Below are positions 42,050-50,234 of a stretch of 64,000 nt of DNA, piece by piece. The DNA is taken from the NCBI GenBank assembly GCA_963774605.1, contig CAVZFN010000002.1, positions 300,398 to 364,397 on the forward strand. The letters are read 5' to 3'. Each line of letters opens with the position of its first letter. The stretch's first letter is position 1. The position numbers were made by a program, and so were the translations under genes. This stretch comes from an uncultured Thermoleophilia bacterium (GTDB lineage Bacteria > Actinomycetota > Thermoleophilia > Gaiellales > Gaiellaceae). The notes under the pieces are model-generated. The model was not told the DNA's origin. It did not search any database and saw only the letters and a list, made by a program, of their open reading frames with translations.

Positions 42050-43747
42050 TGCGTTCGCTCCGCCCCTTCTTGCCCTTCCTTCGTGGCTCACAGCGGCGGT
42101 TGCTTCTGAGCCTCGTGGCCGCGCTCGTACAAGCCGGCCTGCTCGTCGTGATCGGCCTCCTCGTCCGCCGTGCCTTCGACCAGAACATTCCCGACAACGA
42201 CGTCGGAGCTCTCGCTCTCACGGGTGCCGCGATCCTCGGTGTGGCGCTCGCCGCCGCCGGTCTCACCGTCTGGATGCGCTATCTCGTCCTGGGCGCCGTC
42301 AAGGATGCGATCAGCCGCCTGCGGGTCGCGCTCCTCGAGAAGCTGAATGCGCTCCCGACAGCGTGGTTCGATCGCGCCGACGGCGGCAGCCTCCACGCAA
42401 CGATCGTGCAGGACAGCGAGCGTCTCGATGTCGTCGCCAACAGCGTCGCCGCCCAGGCTGCGCCGGCCCTGGTGATCGGCTTCGGGCTCAGCCTCGCCCT
42501 GCTCGTCATCAATCCGCTGCTGTTCGGGATCCTCGCGCTTTCCCTGCCGGTGCTCGCTGTTCTGACGCGGCGATTCGACGGTGTCGTCAGGCGGCGCACG
42601 CGTACCTGGCAGCTCAGCTTCGACCGCTTCTCGACCCGCGTCCTCTTTGCCATTCTCGCGCGTCCGCTGATCGTGACCCAGGCCGCCGAGGAGATCGAAC
42701 TGGAGGAAGGTCGTACAGAGGCGGTCGCACTCAGCGACGCGGGCCGTTCGATGGCGTGGCTGCACAGCGTGTATGCGCAGCTCCACGGCGCGGTCGCGAC
42801 TTTCGCCGGCGTGATCGTGCTGGTCGTCGGCGGCGCTTCAGTCGCTCGAGGGACGATGTCGATCGGCTCGCTGGTCGCCTTCTACACGCTCCTCGCGCTG
42901 TTGCGGGCGCAGGGCAACGCCGTTCTGACGACGATCCCGCAGGTCATCTCCGGCCGAGAATCGCTGGCGCGGCTCGCGGCGATCCTCGATGCGCCCGACC
43001 GGCACCCCTACCACGGGAGCCGAACACCGTCGCTGCATCACTCACTCGCCTTGCGGAACGTGGACTTCGGGTACACCGACGGCACGCCTGTTCTGCAGCG
43101 GCCTGAGCTTCGAACTCGAGCGCGGTGAGTGGCTCACTCTCGTCGGCCCGAACGGATCCGGCAAAACGACGGTCGCGGCGCTCCTGCTCGGCCTGTACCG
43201 GCCCTGGCGAGGAAGCGTCGCCGCCGACGGCGTCCCGTATGACGAACTGGACCTGCAGGCCTTGCGACGCCGGATCGGCTTCGTGCCGCAGCGGCCGATC
43301 CTCTTCCCGGCCAGCATCGCCGAGAACATCGCCTACGGAACAGGCACGGTCGACGCCGCCCGGGTGCATGAGGCCGCCGAACTCGCGACGGTCGACGAGT
43401 TCGTCGACGGCCTGGACCACGGCTATCGGACTCCTGTCGGCGACGGGGGCGACCTCCTGTCCGGCGGTGAGCGGCAGCGCATCGCGATCGCGCGCGCACT
43501 CCTCCGAGAGCCCGCCGTCCTCGTTCTGGACGAGCCGACGAGCAGCCTCGACCGGCACGCGATGGCACAGGTGCTCTCGAACCTACGCGCGCTCGCTCAC
43601 GAGCCCGCCGTGCTCGTCATCACCCACGACCAGGCGTTGATCGACAGTGCCGAGCGCGTCGTCGAGCTCGGCGGCGACGCGAGCGGCTGGCGCTCCGAAG
43701 GGGCCGGTGCCTTCCGCCCCGTCGGAGGCGCCGAACCTACGGCGTAA
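42049..43747 (+). CDS. Fused TMD-NBD ABC exporter (MsbA/McjD-like), apparent frameshift near 43095
   Basis: ATG at 42049 forms a TGATG overlap. The six-helix TMD lies in ORF 41854..43128. The NBD lies in ORF 42989..43747: [38 protein letters not shown]. Confidence 0.85.
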
Positions 43748-43800
43748 GGAGCCGCGGCCCTCCCAATCCACGACGCGTAAGGACGCTCGCCAGTGCCACT

Positions 43801-43900
43801 GAATCTGATTCGGCGCAGCCGAACCAGATTCACGAGTTCGAGTTGCCAACTGCCTCCCGAGAAACTCGCGAATCAGATTCAGAGAACGAATCTGATTCGG
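43801..43900. repeat. Nested palindromic intergenic repeat, four GAAYCWGRTTC units (copy B)
   Basis: GAATCTGATTCGG (43801-13), CCGAACCAGATTC (43819-31), CGAATCAGATTC (43869-80), GAATCTGATTCGG (43888-900). The first and fourth units are exact reverse complements of the third. Same family as 10664-10732. Confidence 0.85.
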
Positions 43901-44014
43901 TCTCGGTTCGAGGGTCATTCCCGAACGCCGGCGCGCAGGTGAGCCCCCTTCCCGTGACCCAAGCCCAAGCCACGGGCGGCATTCCTGGCCCGAGCGAAGA
44001 CCCTTGCTAGCAAG

Positions 44015-44527
44015 CTACTCGGGGAAGTTCTCTGGGTGGAAGGCATACGCCCACATCGATGTCGGCTCGATCCTCATGAAGACGACGCCGTCGCCCCAGT
44101 CGAACGGGCTCGAGCCGTAGATGTCCCTCCACACCGGCTCAATGTCGGCGACGCCTTCGTCCTCGTGACCGATGATCGTTGCATGCCCGTGAACGACGAT
44201 GCCGACGGTGTCGCCGTCCACATGGGCGGCGCTGCACGCGGGCTTCGCACGTAGATGACGGAGGCGTGCGGCGCGCCCGCCGGTCGAGACCGTGAACCTG
44301 CCATGGATGAAGACTCCGTCGAGCGGCGCCACGCGCGGCTCGCCGCGCTCGTTTACGGTCGCGAACGCAACGTGCTTCGTGCCCTGCAGGTACCGCGAGA
44401 CCTGCCTCGCATTCAGGCGTCGCTCTTCCTTGACGATCGTCAGGAGATGGGGGTTCGCGCGGGCGTAGGTTCGCGCAAAGAGGTCGTCCAGCTCTCGGAG
44501 CTCATCGTCGGATTCGAACATCGCCAT
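44015..44527 (-). CDS. Pyridoxamine 5'-phosphate oxidase-fold (PPOX / F420-dependent-like) family protein
   Basis: Track ORF of 170 aa: ..KHVAFATVNERGEPRVAPLDGVFIHGRFTVSTG.. is the typical split-barrel pattern. Confidence 0.7.
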   Translation of the reverse strand: MAMFESDDELRELDDLFARTYARANPHLLTIVKEERRLNARQVSRYLQGTKHVAFATVNERGEPRVAPLDGVFIHGRFTVSTGGRAARLRHLRAKPACSAAHVDGDTVGIVVHGHATIIGHEDEGVADIEPVWRDIYGSSPFDWGDGVVFMRIEPTSMWAYAFHPENFPE

Positions 44528-44670
44528 CTCCTTGTCTGGTCGCGAGGTCTCCGGCTGCCAAGCGGTATCAGATCAAGAGGAGTCGAGCCTTCGTCCCACA
44601 CCTCCTCCGCTCGGTTTTGGAGGACTCCGCGAGGCTCAAGGATGGCGCCGCTGAGGCCGATTAAGGGTGC

Positions 44671-46739
44671 ATGCGGGCCGCCGATCTGCGCGCGAGCTCC
44701 GTAGCAAGAGCGAGCGGCCCCACCTCGCCGAGCCCTCACGCGGCTGGGCGCCCCAGGCGGGGCGACATCCAGGGTCTGCGTGCAGTCGCGATTCTCGCCG
44801 TCGTCGCCTTCCATGGCCGGCTCGGCGCGAGCGGCGGCTTCACCGGCGTGGACGTCTTCTTTGCGATCTCCGGGTTCGTCATCACCTCGACGCTGGTGCG
44901 CGAGCTCGAGGCAACCGACCGGATCGCCCTGCCGGCCTTCTACGGCCGACGGGTCAAGCGGCTGTTGCCGGCGCTCGCCGTGGTGATCCTCTTCGTGGCG
45001 GTGGCCGGATCGCTGGCGACCCCGGTGGCGGCGACGCATGTCGCCGGGATGACCGGCTTCTTCGCCTCGTTCTTCGCCGCGAATGCCTATCTCTACTGGC
45101 TTCCGTCCGGCTACTTCAGCCTGACCACCCAGCTCGATCCGCTGTTGCACACGTGGACGCTGGCCGTGGAGGAGCAGTTCTATCTCGTCTTCCCGGCCCT
45201 GCTCTTCGGCGCCTGGTGGTTCGGGATGCGCCGTGGCGGACGGGGCCGTCTGTCGGCAGGCATCGTGATCGCCGCCGTCTGCGTCGAATCCCTGTGGCTC
45301 GCGGACCGCTCCTCACTCATTCCAGGCTTCGGCTTTGCCTACTACGCCTCGCCGGCGCGCGCCTGGGAGTTCGCCGCCGGGTCGCTGATCGCGCTGACCG
45401 CCCCGGTCTGGCACCGACTGCCGCGGTCGGCCGCGCTCGTGTTGGCAGCACTGGGCCTCTCCGGCATCGCCTTCGTCGCCTTCGGCGGCTCGGCGACCTC
45501 CGGCCTGCTCGTGATCGGGATCATCCCGGTCGCCTCGGCCTGCGCCCTGCTCGCGGCCGGCTCAGCGCCGAACCTCGTCTCGAGCGTGCTCGGGCTACGA
45601 CCGCTTGCCTGGATCGGTGACCTCTCCTACAGCTGGTATCTGTGGCACTGGCCGCTGATCGTCTTCGCCGTCGCGCTTGCGCCGGGCCATGGTTCAGCAG
45701 CGCAGATCGCAGCCATCGCCTCGATCGTCCCCGCCTGGCTGTCCTACAGGTTCGTCGAGAACCCGATTCGCTTCAGCCCACGGATCCACGGCCGGCGCCT
45801 GGTTCAGTTGGCCGCTGCCTGCATCGCGATTCCAGCGCTCGTCTCCATCACGGCCGCGCAGCTGCCACTGACCCGGGTCCCGGCCTACGAGGCCGCCCAA
45901 CACGCGGATCTGCTCCGCGGCTGCGACACCGACGCCCTCTACTCCGCACCGTCCCGCGCCCCCTGCACCTGGCCGGTGCGAAATCCTCGCGGCGACGTGG
46001 TGCTGATCGGCGACTCGAACGCCGGCCACTTCACCGAGCCCTTCGTGAAAGCGGCGAACGAGGCAGGCTTCTCAGCGACAGTCGCGGCCCCGTCCGGCTG
46101 CCCCTTCACCCAGCTCGACATCTCAAAAGCGACGTACGACTACGCGCCGTGCGTTCGCTTCAACCACGACGCGCTCCGCGAGCTCGAACGGCTCCGACCG
46201 AGCTTGCTGGTGATTTCGAGTCGCACCGATCTCTATCTCCGCGACGGGGCGTTCGGCTTCGGTCGGACCGACCGCACACTGAGCACCGACACGGGCGTGA
46301 AGCAGCGGCTCTGGGCGGCCGATCTCGCCGCTGAGATCACCGCCGTGAACGGCGCGGGGGTGCCGGTCGTGCTCCTGCACCCAGTGCCCTATCTGCCAAC
46401 CTCCGGCGGAGGGTGTGCCGTCGTCCGTGTCCTCGCCGATCGATGCGGCGGCGGCATCTCACGCCGGGAGGTCGACCAACAGCTGGCCGGCGCGACCGCA
46501 GTCGAACGAGAGGCAGTCCGCGGAACGCAGGCGTGGATCGTAAACTTCGAGGAGCAGCTCTGCCCGAATGGCCGCTGCTCGGGCAGCCACCAGTATCTCT
46601 ATCGGAACAGGATCACCTCAGCGTGGCCGGCGCGCTGACCCTTACCGGCCGGTTCGCCTCGGCTGTGATCTCCCATGCGCGCCAACCGGCGCCTGCGCAC
46701 CTCCCAGCGACTAGTTCACTCGTCACAGCGCTGCATTAG
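44671..46739 (+). CDS. OafA/YrhL-type acyltransferase (Acyl_transf_3 membrane domain + SGNH domain), frameshift near 46603
   Basis: ..IQGLRAVAILAVVAFH..GVDVFFAISGFVIT..YGRRVKRLLPAL..HTWTLAVEEQFYLVFP... The SGNH part is ..VVLIGDSNAGH... The last ~45 aa continue in ORF 46413..46739: EQDHLSVAGALTLTGRF.. Confidence 0.85.
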
Positions 46740-46806
46740 TCCAACCAGGCCCTTGGCCCGGGCGTGGCGTCGACCTTCGCCACGCCCGGGCCTCCGGGCA
46801 ACGTCC

Positions 46807-48157
46807 CTAGATCAGATGGGTCACCGTCCCGGCGATCGTGACGATCACGTCGCAGGGCTTAGGCTCGCACGGCTTCGGCGGGCACGGTGGCTTCTGCTCG
46901 TTGCACGGCTTCGGCTCGGGCTTCGGGCACGGCGCCGGCTCGGGCTTGGGGCACGGCTTCGGCTCGGGCTTCGGGCACGGCTTCGGCTCGGGCTTCGGGC
47001 ACGGCTTCGGCTCGGGCTTCGGGCACGGCTTCGGCTCGGGCTTGACGCACGGCTTCGGCTTCGAGCCCTTCGGCTCCCACTTCGAGCCCCGCTCGTCCTG
47101 GCCGGAGCTCTGCTGGTTGACCTGCGTCAGGTTCGTGTTCGCCGACGAGTTCTGGTCGCCGGTATTGACGAGCGCGACGCTGTTCCCCGACGCAACCGGG
47201 ATGTTCGACAGAACGGCCGTGTTCGACTGGCCGCCATCGTCCGATTTCCGGCCTTTCTTCCAGTCCCCGCCCTGCTTGTCCTGGCCGGAGCTCTGGTTGA
47301 CCTGCGTCAGGTTCGTGTTCGCCGACGAGTTCTGGTCGCCCGTGTTGATCACGGCGACGCTGTTCCCCGAGGCAACCGGGATGTTCGACAGGACGGCCGT
47401 ATTCGACTGGCCGCCACCGTCCGACTTCCCGTCCTTCTTCCCGCCCTGACACCGGCAGTCTTTGCCGTCCCAGCCAGGCTGGCCGTTGCCGGAGCTCTGG
47501 TTGGTCTGTGACAGGTTCGTGTCGGCAGACGAGGTCTGGTCGCCGGTATTGACGACCGCCACGCTGTTCCCCGACGCGATCGGGATATTCGACAGAACGG
47601 CCGTGTTCGACTGGCCGCCGTCGCTCGAGCCACCGTTGCCGGAGCTCTGGTTGGTCTGCGACAGGTTCGTGTCGGCCGACGAGGTCTGACCCCCGCCATC
47701 CTTCGCGTCGCAGCCGCAGCCCTTCTGGCCGCCGTTGATCACGGCGACGCTGTTCCCGGACGCAACCGGGATGTTCGACAGGACGGCCGTGTTCGACTGA
47801 CTCGAATCCGAGCCGTCTCCGCCACTCGGGCCGTTCGGTGCCGAGTCGGTCGTCGGCTGCTGCGTCGGCTGACCATCGCCGTACGAGCCGCCTTCCTTCC
47901 CGACCGGCTGGCGCCTGGTTGACCTGCGACAGGTTGGTGTTCGCGGACGAGTTCTGGTCGCCCGTATTGATCACCGCGACGCTGTTCCCCGACGCAACCG
48001 GGATGTTCGACAGGATCGCCGTGTTCGATTGGCCCTGGTCGCCCCCGGTGGGCTGGATCGGGTTCGGTGGCTGCGGCGTTCCTGCGAACGCCGGGCCGGC
48101 GGCGAGCGCCAACATCAGCGCGCAGACGCTTGCCGCGAGTACGAAGTACCGCTTCAT
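46807..48157 (-). CDS. Secreted repeat protein: 5 chaplin/curlin-like ~42-aa repeats plus a (KPEPKPCP)n Cys/Pro/Lys-rich tail; one frameshift near 47910
   Basis: ATG at 48157 gives MKRYFVLAASVCALMLALAAGPAFA (signal peptide). Five copies of GQSNTAVLSNIPVASGNSVAVINTGDQNSSANTNLTQVNQSSG follow. Linkers carry CGC and CRC. The tail is KPCVKPEPKPCPKPEPKPCP...PPCPPKPCEPKPCDVIV. The N-terminus is in ORF 46859..48157 and the rest in ORF 46807..47742. Confidence 0.8.
46904..47068. repeat. 24-bp tandem repeat, ~6.5 copies (unit cacggcttcggctcgggcttcggg), coding for the PKPEPKPC repeats
   Basis: Copies occupy 46904-27, 46928-51, 46952-75, 46976-99, 47000-23 and 47024-47, plus a partial copy. Three copies are identical. 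Confidence 0.9.
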
Positions 48158-48228
48158 GATTCCTTCCTTTCATCGCTTGAGCATTCGCACCAGGCAAGTC
48201 GCCCGGTGCAACGGGACGCAGGACGCGT

Positions 48229-49481
48229 CTAGCCGGGGTGCTCGAGCGGTGAAACGGCCGGCGGCATCACGAGGAGGTCGATCACAGGCCGTAGACGACG
48301 GCCCACCCTCGGATGTCCCAGCAGAAGGAAAGAGAGGAGCGCGGCGATCACCGCTGCGCCAAGAACTGCGGAGGCGGCCGGCGCACCCGCTGCCAGGCCG
48401 TACGGCGCCTGTGGCGTACTGGGCAGGCCCGGCAGGTGCGGCACGGACAGTTCCGGCCGACGCGGACGTGTGCGCTGCCCGCGCGGGCTGCGCTGTCGTC
48501 GAAATCGAGGAGGCGGCCAGCGGCTGAGCGTTCGGTGCCGGCTGCGCAGCCGAGGTTGTCGTCGCAGCGCCTGCGTACCAGCCGGTGCTGCGCGGCCGGC
48601 TGCTCGAGCCCGGCGTAGTCGACCGAGACCGGCGCGGCCGTCACGTTCCGAGGCGCAGTCGGGGTCGTCTGCAGATCGTCGGCGGTGGTCGATGCCGGCG
48701 ACACCGTCGACTGCTCGGGCGCCGACACACCGGCGTCCTGCTGGGGCGAGGCGACCACGGTTCCGACCGGCGCGTGGGAGCTCGACGAACCTGAGGGAGA
48801 GCTCGGGCCGGAGGGTGTCTTGGCGACGACGGTCGGTGTCGCTACAACCTGAGTCACCGGCGCCGCGGCCGTCGTTACGAGATTCGAAGCGGCGGTGGTC
48901 GCGGTGGCCGCGACTTCCGGCACCACGGCGGCAACGGTTGCCACGGTCGTATTCACCGCGGTGGTGACCGAGCCGGCCACCGGGGTCACGACACCTGCCA
49001 CGGTCGTGTTCACCACGGGGGCCACCGAGGCGACCACCGGGGCTGCGACGCCGGCCACGGTCGTCGCTGCGGCGGCGACCGAGGCGGTCGTGGGGGCTAC
49101 CGCACCGGTCACCGTCGACAAGGTCGTTCCCGCAGCGGTGGCCGTCGCGGCCACAGTTGTCACCGGCGCCGCGACATCCGCGACGACCGGAGGCGCGACC
49201 GCGGACACCACACCGGTGACCGAAGCGGCCCCGGCTGTGGGGGCCGGCGTCGTCGGAGTTGTCGAGGCGGCGACGACGCCAGTCACGCTGGTCGTCGTTG
49301 CCGTGACTCCAGCCGCGGCGCTCGTCACGGTCGTCGTTGCGGCTGTCACACCGCCCAGGAGATCGCCGGCGAACGCGGTCCCAGGCGAACCCAGGAATGC
49401 CGAGGCAATGACCGCCAACGCGATGGCTCCCCGCCGAGCAATGTGCGATGTGCCGCAGAGCACGAAGTCCGAGTACCCCAT
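48229..49481 (-). CDS. Secreted Thr/Ala/Val-rich low-complexity protein; the 3' end is probably frame-shifted into a C-terminal membrane-anchor/sorting-like segment
   Basis: ORF 48348..49481: signal-like RRGAIALAVIASAFLGSPGTAFA, then ~230 aa of TAV-rich sequence (VTSAAAGVTATTTSVTGVVAAS..VAPVVNTTVAGVVTPVAGSV..). After ..VSVDYAGLEQ the frame turns Arg/Cys-rich. ORF 48229..48444 encodes LPSTPQAPYGLAAGAPAASAVLGAAVIAALLSFLLLGHPRVGRRLR. Confidence 0.6.
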
Positions 49482-49528
49482 TCGAGGGATTCCAATCCTG
49501 CCGGCGAGCGGCCCGCGATCAGCCCGGG

Positions 49529-50041
49529 TCAGCCGCCGTTTTGAAGCGCTTTGGCGAGCGCAGCCAGGGTGAGCGGGCCGGCGACTCCGTCGGCGGCGAG
49601 CTTCGACGCGGTCTGGAAGTGCATGACGGCCGCTTCGGTGAGCGGCCCGAAGTCACCGTCGACCGCTCCCGGCGGGTAGCCGAGGTGTGCGAGCGCGCGC
49701 TGGAGCTGCTTCACCTGCGTGCCCTGGCTCCCTGCCTTCAGCTTCGCCGTCGGAACGGGCAGCGTCGACGGCTTGGCAGCCGGCTTTGACGGAGTCGTCG
49801 TCGTCACCCGGCTCGGGGCCGTCGTCGTTGTCGGCGTGGACGCCGTTGTGGGCGGGCTGGTCGGGTGGTCCTTGCCGCCCGAGAAGACTCCGCCCGCAAC
49901 GAGCCCGGCCACGATCAGCAGCAAGACGACGGCGGCCCCGGCGATGATCACCGTGCGCGAACCGATGGCTCGGCCCGCGAAGAAGCCGTCGCTGCCGGCA
50001 GCCTCACCTCGGTCGGCGTCGCCCTCCTTACTCGTTTCCAC
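49529..50041 (-). CDS. Single-pass membrane protein with a Ser/Thr/Pro linker and a C-terminal peptidoglycan-binding (PG_binding_1) domain
   Basis: Track ORF of 170 aa. TM segment TVIIAGAAVVLLLIVAGLVAGGVF. Linker TSPPTTASTPTTTTAPSRVTTTTPSKP. PG-binding domain GSQGTQVKQLQRALAHLGYPPGAVDGDFGPLTEAAVMHFQ. Confidence 0.75.
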   Translation of the reverse strand: METSKEGDADRGEAAGSDGFFAGRAIGSRTVIIAGAAVVLLLIVAGLVAGGVFSGGKDHPTSPPTTASTPTTTTAPSRVTTTTPSKPAAKPSTLPVPTAKLKAGSQGTQVKQLQRALAHLGYPPGAVDGDFGPLTEAAVMHFQTASKLAADGVAGPLTLAALAKALQNGG

Positions 50042-50222
50042 GGGAGGGTCGGCGTAGCGCAGGCCGTGCGCGCCGACCCGCCCTGCCCGGCTCGCCGGCT
50101 CCGCGACGTCGAGATCGGCGAACCAGTCGTCGGGATCCGGAGGCTGCGGAAGGTCGCGATCAGGGATCGGTCAAACGTACAGCGAACGGCGGGCGCAGCC
50201 TAGAACCGCTCCGTTTGGCGGT

Positions 50223-50228
50223 TAGGCT
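50223..50228 (+). promoter_or_regulatory. Candidate -10 hexamer TAGGCT placed 6 nt before the GTG start, suggesting a leaderless mRNA
   Basis: ttaggctctcgctGTG. The same hexamer, spacing and start codon recur at 60356-60370. Matches the actinobacterial TANNNT -10 pattern. Confidence 0.35.
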
Positions 50229-50234
50229 CTCGCT

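Noticed and set aside
32795-43747. Calling the locus a lasso-peptide biosynthetic gene cluster
   Set aside because: The kinase, PqqD, NTase and ABC components fit. However, I find no asparagine-synthetase-like macrolactam synthetase, no transglutaminase-fold leader peptidase and no precursor with a leader/core layout. I report it as an unassigned RiPP-like/glycosylation hybrid instead.
46904-48040. CRISPR array or other non-coding repeat array
   Set aside because: The 24-bp units are contiguous with no spacers. The ~120-bp units are in frame and encode conserved peptide repeats of a signal-peptide-bearing protein. No cas genes are present.
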